The position numbers and the translations under genes are program-made. The notes below the pieces were generated by a model. It ran no database searches and was not told where the DNA came from. It saw only the letters and a program-made list of their open reading frames with translations. 32,824 bases of DNA from a virus (taxonomy: Duplodnaviria > Caudoviricetes): positions 1 through 32,824 of IMG/VR virus record IMGVR_UViG_3300025391_000257; one strand, given 5' to 3'. Positions 1 through 7,701 of the stretch are shown here, one piece after another (within the stretch, counting starts at the first letter, position 1; every line of letters starts with the position of its first letter).

Positions 1-104
1 ATATAGCCACCCGGCATTGTTCCCGGTGGTGTGGTATTATTAGTCTGTGAGGCCGCGGTAAAACTTATTATTGTAACAAAAACAAATAATAAAAACTTTT
101 TCAT
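1..104 (-). CDS. N-terminus of a secreted protein, truncated by the window edge; probably the next gene of the curli-like operon
   Basis: ATG at 104 overlaps the FecR gene stop (ATGA). Reads MKKFLLFVFVTIISFTAASQTNNTTPPGTMPGGY, a Sec-type signal peptide, and stays open to the edge. Confidence 0.75.
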   Translation of the reverse strand, partial: MKKFLLFVFVTIISFTAASQTNNTTPPGTMPGGY

Positions 105-1252
105 TTGTATGTCTGCGTAATAGTTATACTGCCTTGTGGCTTGGCTGTTGCGCCTCCAAAGTTATAAGCATCTGTTACACGATCCTGAGTAATGGTCAAT
201 AATATCTTGCTATCGTTGGCTACAGTAACGCCAGCATAGTTTAATCCACTGGCACTAAGACCAAACCACCCCCAACCCGTTTGATTCAAATTAGGATTAT
301 CATTTTTAAAGATAGGAAATATGTTTGGATCTTCATCTGGGTTTAGTTTAACCACTGTACCTTTTTTCTGTAGATCTAATAACTTTTGTGTTGCGGCTGC
401 TACTGCGGCATCTGCTTCAGCCTGCGCCTTTTCTTTATCTGTCTGCTGGCTTTTTTCTTGCTGTTGGGTAGTGTTTGCCTCAGCTAGTGTTGGACCGTTT
501 GTATCCGCTTTGGCAGAATCTTCTTTTTTAGCATCACCTGTTTTAACGGCGGCTGTTTTTGCAGCCTGCTGTACTGCTTGTCCGGTCATTGTGGTTGGAG
601 GACGTATAATTAAATTATTACCAATTGGGGAATTAGATAAATTTACAATAATTGGAGTTGTAGGAGCATCACCTTCTATTCCAACTATGGTTGCTTGATA
701 TGGTTTGTCTAGGTGTACGATATGTCCGTTAGCTTCAACATCGATTTTTCCACTACCACAAACAAGTCCTTTTAGATTAACCACCTGTACATTTTCTTCA
801 CAAGTTGGCATTAACATAACGAGACTTTTTCCTGTTTCATCTACACTCATAACAAAATCGGTCCCACGAACCGCAATAGCGGCCGTGGGGGTCTTGATGT
901 TCACACTGTTTGGATTGTTGTGAGCAATATTACCAGACACATAACGTACTGTGCCTTCCGCGGCCTTAAGGCCAAGTTTACCACCTTTTGTTTTAGGGTC
1001 GTAAACAAAGTCGTCTATGACTAATGCGCTACTTGCCGTTACTCGCACGGTTGTATCGTCTTTGAATGTTATTTTTACTTCGCCTGCTTTTGCCTCTACA
1101 CGATCATTCATTTCAATGGCCGTGCCTTTAACAAGTGTTACACTGGTATTGCCACGTTTTACGATAGCAGTACCAGTGACATCTGTTACAGAACCAATAT
1201 CTGCCACTGCCGCAGTTGCGACTAACAATAATGACAGTGCTAGATATCTCAC
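101..1252 (-). CDS. FecR-domain secreted protein
   Basis: Signal peptide; FecR-like motifs (ITFKDDTTVRV, LVIDDFVYDP, IKTPTAAIAVRGTDF). Confidence 0.85.
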   Translation of the reverse strand: MRYLALSLLLVATAAVADIGSVTDVTGTAIVKRGNTSVTLVKGTAIEMNDRVEAKAGEVKITFKDDTTVRVTASSALVIDDFVYDPKTKGGKLGLKAAEGTVRYVSGNIAHNNPNSVNIKTPTAAIAVRGTDFVMSVDETGKSLVMLMPTCEENVQVVNLKGLVCGSGKIDVEANGHIVHLDKPYQATIVGIEGDAPTTPIIVNLSNSPIGNNLIIRPPTTMTGQAVQQAAKTAAVKTGDAKKEDSAKADTNGPTLAEANTTQQQEKSQQTDKEKAQAEADAAVAAATQKLLDLQKKGTVVKLNPDEDPNIFPIFKNDNPNLNQTGWGWFGLSASGLNYAGVTVANDSKILLTITQDRVTDAYNFGGATAKPQGSITITQTYK

Positions 1253-1261
1253 AACTACTCC

Positions 1262-2065
1262 TTAGTGACTATGTTGAATAATGTTAAAACTACCGCCAGC
1301 GGCAGTAGCACTAATATTAGCTACGTTAGAGTAGGTTCCTGTTTGTGATATGTTAAATGTTGTACTTCCTGTTCCGTTTTGTGTTAATACTAGACTACTT
1401 GCTGTAGCACTAGATTGTAATACATTAACTGTATTATTATCAGTGTTAGTCAAGTTGATCAACTGTTGATGATTATCGCCAATTTGTTGACTGTTAATTG
1501 TATTACCGCCACCAGTTACATAGATAGAACTGACTAAGTTAGCACCTTGACCTGAATAGTTCAATGTATTACCAACTTGTTTACCAGTGCTGTCCAATCT
1601 CCAGTCTAGGCTAGCATTGGCACAACCTGTTCCGGCTGAACTATCTCCGCAAACTGCGTTAATAGTGTTCAATGGACCATTTTGTAAAATATTAACATTG
1701 GCATTATCGCCGCCAAGATGTAGAGAATTGATAATGTTACCAACTCCAACTTGTTCAATAGTTACCACTTGGCTGTTTCCTTTAATAACCATACTTGCAA
1801 CTGTACCACTAGCATCGCTACCAGCACGGTTACTATTGCCATCTTGGACAATACTAACTGTTGGAGTAGATCCGCTTTGTTCCAAATAGATAATATTAGT
1901 TGTAGCATTGTGTAACGCTGAAGTTACGCCCGCACTAAAACTAGTACTATTTTGGGTAGTGATTGCCGGAGCAGTTCCTGCTGTAGGAGCTGTCGGCACT
2001 GTTTGTGACCATGCAGTTTGTGCAAACACCGAAGCGATTGCTACTGCTATTATTATTTTTTTCAT
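1262..2065 (-). CDS. Curlin-repeat (CsgA/CsgB-like) secreted protein
   Basis: Signal peptide; repeated hydrophobic-x-hydrophobic-x-Q-x-G-x-x-N units (SIVQDGNSN, TIEQVGVGN, NILQNGPLN, SQQIGDNH, ISQTGTYSN); N/Q/G/S/T-rich; directly downstream of csgG. Confidence 0.75.
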   Translation of the reverse strand: MKKIIIAVAIASVFAQTAWSQTVPTAPTAGTAPAITTQNSTSFSAGVTSALHNATTNIIYLEQSGSTPTVSIVQDGNSNRAGSDASGTVASMVIKGNSQVVTIEQVGVGNIINSLHLGGDNANVNILQNGPLNTINAVCGDSSAGTGCANASLDWRLDSTGKQVGNTLNYSGQGANLVSSIYVTGGGNTINSQQIGDNHQQLINLTNTDNNTVNVLQSSATASSLVLTQNGTGSTTFNISQTGTYSNVANISATAAGGSFNIIQHSH

Positions 2066-2168
2066 TTTTGTTACTCTCCGTGCGGGCTATTAACCCAAAT
2101 AAACTTCTACAAACCTACCTTTTTACTAAAATATTTAAGTTTAATTGTGTTTCAATTATACTCTGCTG

Positions 2169-3017
2169 TTATTTTTTTAACACCTCAGGTGTTGGATTTT
2201 CAACAGGTGTTGGATTTTCAACACCAGCCTTAAACTTCCAAAGTCCCTGACGTTCACCTTTCTTTACCAATTCCACAATACCTTGTTCGATAGCACTACG
2301 TAATGCGTAGTTGCCTGGCTCATTAAAACTTTGGCTACTATCAAATTCAAAGGTTTGTGTGTTTTGATTGAAAAACTTCATCGCAGTTGCTCCATCCATT
2401 GTGCTCAACAAATTCTTTTCAATGGTTACACTGGTCAACACTTCACCGGATTGTACACTTACTAAACGTAAGCTAATTACAACTTGATCCTGTGTGTATT
2501 GTGTATAAGGACCGATACCAAATATTGCTACACCGGTACCACCTGTCAATACGTTGCTGTTGTAATCAATGATACCGCCTTCTAAGATAACACCCGCTAG
2601 TGTTAGTGGAGGTAATATCTTGGCATTTGCGCCTTCATAGATTTCGCGAGTCTGTTTGATCATCTGACGTTCTTTTAACAAGTCGTCTAGATTTGTGCGC
2701 TCTACAACTGTGAACCATTGTGAGTGGCCTGCTTCGCTCAAACTCTTAATCAAGTAGGCTTCAGCACCTTGTGTAACTGCTGTTGAAAACAAACTTAGTG
2801 TTTGGCTTGGTTTGCGTTGCCCTGTCATATCTTTGAAACTGTATACTGCCACAGCAACTTTAGGACCTGCTGGTGCTGGTAGTGTATCAATTGCTTTGAC
2901 TACAGTTTCTGATACTTTTGGTTGTTCTTTAATATTAATGTCACCGAACGGTCGTACAGTTGAACATCCTGCTAATGCTACTGCAAGAGCTAATGCTGAT
3001 AGTTTTAATGTTTTCAT
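2169..3017 (-). CDS. csgG: Curli secretion channel lipoprotein CsgG
   Basis: Lipobox LAGC; VAVYSFKDMTGQRKP, FSTAVTQGA, WFTVVER, LLKERQMI and ILEGGIIDY match CsgG. Confidence 0.93.
   Translation of the reverse strand: MKTLKLSALALAVALAGCSTVRPFGDINIKEQPKVSETVVKAIDTLPAPAGPKVAVAVYSFKDMTGQRKPSQTLSLFSTAVTQGAEAYLIKSLSEAGHSQWFTVVERTNLDDLLKERQMIKQTREIYEGANAKILPPLTLAGVILEGGIIDYNSNVLTGGTGVAIFGIGPYTQYTQDQVVISLRLVSVQSGEVLTSVTIEKNLLSTMDGATAMKFFNQNTQTFEFDSSQSFNEPGNYALRSAIEQGIVELVKKGERQGLWKFKAGVENPTPVENPTPEVLKK
2186..2223. repeat. 18-bp tandem duplication in the csgG 3' end (VENPTP x2)
   Basis: caggtgttggattttcaa at 2186-2203 and 2204-2221. Confidence 0.9.
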
Positions 3018-3027
3018 CTAGCTCTCC

Positions 3028-3519
3028 TTAAAATGCAAAACTTGAAATTGGCACAACAATTTGTTGTGTATATGTGCTGTTAGCAACAAAGTTTCCATTG
3101 CTGTCTTTTTTACCATCATATACTGTTAGGGTAACTTGTCCATTAGATTTTGCCCATTGGATTTGTTGTGTATCACTGACCATAAAATTTCCACTGTTAC
3201 AAGTTTGGCCGGCTGGGCAAGAACCAAATAGATTGTTTGTTAGTTGTGTAGCCAATTGACTATACACCTGTCCTGTGAACAAGCTCATAAATTTAGCCAA
3301 TGGTGTATTTGCGGCTGCGGCTGCGGCATTGGCGGCATCTGCGGCAATTTTGGCATCTCGTTGTTGTACAGCACTTTGACGCATCTGTTCTAAAGTCAAT
3401 ACTTGTGTACTCCAACCATTTCCGCTAAATGTTGGATCTTTAAATTGCTGTACTAATTCTGCATGTGCAATATTTGCAGTCAGTATGCAAAAAGTACTGG
3501 CCATCAGTAATTTTTTCAT
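3028..3519 (-). CDS. csgF: Curli assembly protein CsgF
   Basis: Signal peptide followed by ELVQQFKDPTFSGNG (CsgF N-terminal motif) and LAKFMSLFTGQVYSQLATQL; immediately upstream of csgG. Confidence 0.82.
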   Translation of the reverse strand: MKKLLMASTFCILTANIAHAELVQQFKDPTFSGNGWSTQVLTLEQMRQSAVQQRDAKIAADAANAAAAAANTPLAKFMSLFTGQVYSQLATQLTNNLFGSCPAGQTCNSGNFMVSDTQQIQWAKSNGQVTLTVYDGKKDSNGNFVANSTYTQQIVVPISSFAF

Positions 3520-3540
3520 GAGTTTCGCTCCTCTATACTT

Positions 3541-3546
3541 TATTTA
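3541..3546 (-). promoter_or_regulatory. T4-like late promoter core (TAAATA) for the curli-like operon; representative of a recurring motif
   Basis: TAAATA on the minus strand shortly upstream of gene starts at 2132, 3541, 5633, 9672, 14242, 17130, 19013, 23123, 25246, 27381, 29468, 29995, 30400, 31082 and 31797; on the plus strand at 31872 and 32378. Full TATAAATA at 5633-5640 and 27381-27388. Confidence 0.7.
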
Positions 3547-3593
3547 CAGAGAAGTTAGTCGTATTAAACTAGTAGTTTAATCAGAATTTAATA

Positions 3594-3965
3594 TTATAAT
3601 TTTAATAAGAATATGCACATTGCCAAATATGTTACTTGATGTGCTAATTGGTCATAACCAAACTGTGCCCAGAATAGAGGTTTGGTGTTGTCTTTACTAC
3701 CATAATGTACTTTGATAAAGTCTATATGATAGTGTAGTATACCTTCGGCAAGGCATAACCATATGATTGTAAAAGGATTTGTAGCATAGAAAAAACTGTA
3801 GACAAGTAATGCTACTAAACTTGTCCAAACATGGTCAACACTATGACTTATACCAATAGGATCACGATAGATGCCTTTATGCACCGTTTGTTTATAGGTC
3901 TGTATTACAAAGTCTGCGTAGCAATGTTTGATTTGCAATAAGAATAGAAGTAATATAATTTCCAT
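3594..3965 (-). CDS. DUF3307-like membrane protein
   Basis: KHCYADFVIQT, HSVDH, HYHIDFIK and GYDQLAH His/Asp motifs with hydrophobic helices. Confidence 0.8.
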   Translation of the reverse strand: MEIILLLFLLQIKHCYADFVIQTYKQTVHKGIYRDPIGISHSVDHVWTSLVALLVYSFFYATNPFTIIWLCLAEGILHYHIDFIKVHYGSKDNTKPLFWAQFGYDQLAHQVTYLAMCIFLLKL

Positions 3966-4020
3966 GTTGTACTATTTATAATACTACATGTTAACTGATA
4001 TTACAAGCGATTTGGCAAAT

Positions 4021-5625
4021 TTAGAAGTATTTGATAATTAAACTATCAACTTGCTCAATAGCTTCTTCTAATGCTGGTGTTATTCGTCTAGGTGCTCGAC
4101 CCTTTGGAGTAGTTGTAGCTACTTCGGGTGCGGTATTAGATACCACCGCTGTTTCTGGTGATACTGTAGCTTCTTTTTTTGCCTTCTGTTTAAGTTGGGC
4201 GGCTTTGGCTACTCTTAATTGTGGAAACTTGGTTTCCAATGACTGCATAAAGAAAGAACGATCTGGATTGCTTCTTTGATCATCAACTAGCCCAGTGGCA
4301 TATGAGACCATATTTGCGATTGTGCGTTTATCAGTAATACCACGTATTCTACAAAGTTCCGTGATAATCGGTTGAACTAGTTTAATACGTGTTTCTAAAG
4401 TAGTTGAACCCCATGCTCGTTTTTTAAACTCTGGTTTCTTTAACTGTCCAGTAGCGTATTCTGCACCAAAGGTACTGGGAATAACTTCTACTTGTGGGTA
4501 TACATTTCGATTAGGATCTTTAAGACTTGATAGATAAGGGGTAGCAATATGGAAACGCAGACCTTCTTTTCTTAAATCATCAGTTGAATTATAAAAAACA
4601 AAATCTTTACTGTTTAGGTTAGTATTTAAAACACCATAGTCATCTTTTTGTGATAGGTAGTAGTTAAAGTTAGCTTGGCCCCAAATTTCTTTAGCTTCGT
4701 TTGCATTACCAGATTTAACAGCACTCATAATACCTGCTACAGCTTTCTTCATGTGTTTACCGAAGAAAATAGCCTTAACACAGTTCTCGACTTTTGTTAA
4801 AAAGGTAGCTTTTTTAGCAGGTGGTAATATTTTATAAATGTCTATAGCGATCGACAAGGCTAATCCCGCGTCAGGTAATACACTTTTACCTGTTACCTGT
4901 TTGTATATTGCTTTATTATCGGCAATGAAATCATTTAGTTCTTGAGCGGCTGGAGCAAATGTTGCCATATTAGGAGTAACTTGCTGATCACCAAATCGAG
5001 CAGATCCACCGTGTGTTGTTTTACATTCAATCTTTTTCCAACTATCACCGTAATAGATTAACAAATCGCCTTTTTTCTTATTGCCTTCTTCATCTTCTTC
5101 ATCTTCTGCGGCATCAACTGCTTTATCTTCTGCAGGTTTAGCAATGTGTTTACTCAGTACATTGAGACCAAATTCGCCCTTACCTTGTCCAAGTGCGGCA
5201 ATAGACATAACTCTATCAACTAGTAATTTGATAGCATTATTAGTTTCATAGTCTCTAAAGATTTCTGCAAAGCTGTGTTTATTTTTTGATAATAGTTTGT
5301 CAATATCGACAATAGTACCTGCTTTCCAGTAGTCTAATAATTGTCGTTTTTCTTTAGGATCTGCATCAGCTGTAAGAACAAACATGGCCAAATCTTGTTG
5401 GAAACCGGTAACCGCAGGATCTTGAATTTGTCTTAATTCATCTTGTAGTCTAGCCATACGTCCGCCAGCATTAACACTTTGAAGAATCTCTTCAATTTCT
5501 ATCAGTGCTTTACGTGTCTTGTCGTCTTCGGGAAGCTGGCGTAATTGCCCAAGCAAACTAGTTTTCATTTGCTTGATTTCAGCCGGATCGGCAGGTTCTT
5601 CTAGTAATAAATCATCTATACGCAT
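4021..5625 (-). CDS. Large phage protein with a putative PD-(D/E)XK nuclease core
   Basis: 534-aa ORF; GKGE...KGDLLI...KIECK motif order fits a restriction-endonuclease-like fold; TATAAATA directly upstream. Confidence 0.55.
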   Translation of the reverse strand: MRIDDLLLEEPADPAEIKQMKTSLLGQLRQLPEDDKTRKALIEIEEILQSVNAGGRMARLQDELRQIQDPAVTGFQQDLAMFVLTADADPKEKRQLLDYWKAGTIVDIDKLLSKNKHSFAEIFRDYETNNAIKLLVDRVMSIAALGQGKGEFGLNVLSKHIAKPAEDKAVDAAEDEEDEEGNKKKGDLLIYYGDSWKKIECKTTHGGSARFGDQQVTPNMATFAPAAQELNDFIADNKAIYKQVTGKSVLPDAGLALSIAIDIYKILPPAKKATFLTKVENCVKAIFFGKHMKKAVAGIMSAVKSGNANEAKEIWGQANFNYYLSQKDDYGVLNTNLNSKDFVFYNSTDDLRKEGLRFHIATPYLSSLKDPNRNVYPQVEVIPSTFGAEYATGQLKKPEFKKRAWGSTTLETRIKLVQPIITELCRIRGITDKRTIANMVSYATGLVDDQRSNPDRSFFMQSLETKFPQLRVAKAAQLKQKAKKEATVSPETAVVSNTAPEVATTTPKGRAPRRITPALEEAIEQVDSLIIKYF

Positions 5626-5635
5626 AATGTAATAT

Positions 5636-6316
5636 TTATACTATTTCAGGGAACAGGCATTCTTGTACAAAGTGCTGTACATCTTCTTCACTTAGCCCTA
5701 GACTAACCATTACACGCGGTGTATGTGGATTACATTTTTGATTTTGAGCATAGTAGTTCTGCTCATATTTGGTGCTAGCCACTGTGTTGTTAGTTTCTCC
5801 TACTGCGGATAGATAGTGTATTATTGTAGTTTTAGCTAGATTGGTAATCTGTTCAAGTTCTTCTTCATCTTGTACGTTGCCAGCGGCAACCATGCTAGGA
5901 CTGAATATGTTAGTGGCCCATTCTGGAAGGGCACGTTCTCTGCGCCAAGTTAATTTGGCTACTTCTCCGGCAAACCATTCCATCATGGGGTGATTAGCAT
6001 CACCAGCTTTTGAGTAATCGTGGAAACAACCGGTAATTTTATTCTTACCAGCTATAACATCGAAACCGTAAATTGGAGCAGGATTATGTAGATGTGGAAA
6101 GATGCAACAATGCATCATCCAGAGTCCTTTTTGATCTCTCGCATCAACCACATCAACGTGAGCACGGCGATAAAGAGGAGAACTCCATACACGATTAGAC
6201 CAACCGGGTTGATTGAAGCGATCCATTCCAGGCTCAAAGATTTCAGTGCCAGTCCGGCCAAATTCAGTCTCCAATAATTGTTGAATATTTATTAGAGTAT
6301 CCCAAACTTTACTCAT
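5636..6316 (-). CDS. pcyX: Ferredoxin-dependent bilin reductase, PcyX/PcyA-type
   Basis: RRAHVD, MMHCCIFP, PIYGFDVIAG, LPEWATNIFS and QKCNPHT; His69/Asp86 catalytic pair; Asp55 where PcyA has a Glu; adjacent heme oxygenase. Confidence 0.85.
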   Translation of the reverse strand: MSKVWDTLINIQQLLETEFGRTGTEIFEPGMDRFNQPGWSNRVWSSPLYRRAHVDVVDARDQKGLWMMHCCIFPHLHNPAPIYGFDVIAGKNKITGCFHDYSKAGDANHPMMEWFAGEVAKLTWRRERALPEWATNIFSPSMVAAGNVQDEEELEQITNLAKTTIIHYLSAVGETNNTVASTKYEQNYYAQNQKCNPHTPRVMVSLGLSEEDVQHFVQECLFPEIV

Positions 6317-6860
6317 TAGGCACCAATGTCATCATTTCTTCAAACAATTCACCGGCAAATTTAAAACATAGTTTAGCTTCGTCGGCCATATCATCAGTTA
6401 ATTTCTCACGAATATTTGCCTTAAGAGCATCAGCATCTTCAAACTTATACATACGCCCGGACCCAGGAACCCGTTTGGCAATCATCTGTCCGCCGGCCAT
6501 GTCTCCAAAATGGCGTACATAAATATGTGCTAGTAATTTTTTAGGATCGTCTTTGATACTCATAATGTGATCGATGTAACGTTTAACCACAGGAAGTATT
6601 GTAGGTTCGCCGTCGATTTCTCTATCCCATAGCTCTTCAAAATCTGAAATAATTGCAGGCGCACGTCGAGCATCTGCGGTATTGCCTAATAATCCAGGAT
6701 ACATCATAGCACACACTTCTACAATTTCATAACAAGGATGCTGATTTTTTAAATACTGTGCGTATAGCTTAGGATCAATCTTTCCTGAAAACAAAACTTT
6801 TACAAATGGTTTTGTTTCAGCTTCTTTATGTGCTTCATAGGTAAGATCTTTTAAACTCAT
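6309..6860 (-). CDS. hemO: Heme oxygenase
   Basis: LKDLTYEAHKEAE (proximal His) and HIYVRHFGDMAGGQMI (distal helix). Confidence 0.92.
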   Translation of the reverse strand: MSLKDLTYEAHKEAETKPFVKVLFSGKIDPKLYAQYLKNQHPCYEIVEVCAMMYPGLLGNTADARRAPAIISDFEELWDREIDGEPTILPVVKRYIDHIMSIKDDPKKLLAHIYVRHFGDMAGGQMIAKRVPGSGRMYKFEDADALKANIREKLTDDMADEAKLCFKFAGELFEEMMTLVPNE

Positions 6861-7159
6861 TCTTCTTCCAATTTAATTTGTAATGGATGGCCGTTTGTAC
6901 GAGCCTGGGTAGTTGCTTCGACTGCTTTAGATTCGGCTATTTCAAAGCTATAAATACCTGCCACTCCGGATCCAGTTTCGTGGACTTGTAACATTATATC
7001 CCTAGCACTGTCTTGAGTGTGTTTAAAAATTTCAACTAAGACTGCAATCACAAACTCCATTGGTGTTGAATCATCATTTAGTAGAATTACCTTCCAACGC
7101 TTAGGTTCAGATGCACGAATTTTAATCTTCTCGTCTAGTTGGATATCAGTTGTTGACAT
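6857..7159 (-). CDS. clpS: ATP-dependent Clp protease adaptor ClpS
   Basis: WKVILLNDDSTPMEFVIAVL, MLQVHETG, AESK and GHPL; start reassigned to the ATG at 7159. Confidence 0.95.
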   Translation of the reverse strand: MSTTDIQLDEKIKIRASEPKRWKVILLNDDSTPMEFVIAVLVEIFKHTQDSARDIMLQVHETGSGVAGIYSFEIAESKAVEATTQARTNGHPLQIKLEEE

Positions 7160-7172
7160 TATATTCTCTTTC

Positions 7173-7196
7173 AAAAGAGGGGGAGTTGCCTCCCCC
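7173..7196 (-). terminator. Rho-independent terminator after hsp20
   Basis: GGGGGAG-GCAA-CTCCCCC followed by TCTTTT on the minus strand. Confidence 0.8.
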
Positions 7197-7202
7197 GGTT
7201 GA

Positions 7203-7634
7203 TTATTTAACTTTAATAATACGTGGTTTTAATGCTTCTGGAACAATACGTTCAATTTCAATAACCAACATACCGTCCTTAACTTCTGCATCTTTAACTT
7301 CCATGTATTCAGCAAGAGTCCATGTTTGTTCAAAGTTGCGTGATGCTAAACCTCTGTGCAAATATTCTTTGCTTTCGTTTACTACTTCACCTTGTATACC
7401 ACGAACAACTAATTGATCCTGGTCCACTTCTACTGTGATTTCATCTTTACTGAATCCTGCTACTGCTACTTCAATAGCATATTTACTATCACTATATTTC
7501 ACAATGTTATGTGGAGGATAGTTACCATTTACTTGTTGCAGTCTCTGGTTAAAGATTTGATCGAAACCAATTAAGGCTCTACTTAGATTTGCGAAGTCCG
7601 CTGGACTTACTGTTTTTAATTGCATCGTTGCCAT
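7203..7634 (-). CDS. Small heat-shock protein (Hsp20/IbpA family)
   Basis: IGFD, NYPPHNIVK, IEVAVAGF, YLHRGLASRNF, DGML and PEALKPR. Confidence 0.96.
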   Translation of the reverse strand: MATMQLKTVSPADFANLSRALIGFDQIFNQRLQQVNGNYPPHNIVKYSDSKYAIEVAVAGFSKDEITVEVDQDQLVVRGIQGEVVNESKEYLHRGLASRNFEQTWTLAEYMEVKDAEVKDGMLVIEIERIVPEALKPRIIKVK

Positions 7635-7690
7635 TTTTATCTCCTTATATTAAGCAAGAATGTGTAGGGCCCGACCATCGGCGCCCTACT
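7635..7690 (-). promoter_or_regulatory. ROSE-like RNA thermometer leader of hsp20
   Basis: Hairpin GTAGGGC...GCCCTAC, then TCTTGCT-TAATATA-AGGAGA; the U(U/C)GCU motif pairs with the SD with a bulged G. Confidence 0.7.
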
Positions 7691-7701
7691 TTACTATTGT
7701 A

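Noticed and set aside
2150-2180. A7 run at the csgG stop (TTA AAA AAA TAA) as a third frameshift site
   Set aside because: The -1 frame closes after 6 codons (ITAEYN-stop), the run is shorter and it lacks the TCA context.
4135-4182. A AAA AAA heptamer in the 534-aa gene
   Set aside because: The -1 frame ends after about 12 codons with no coupling to another gene.
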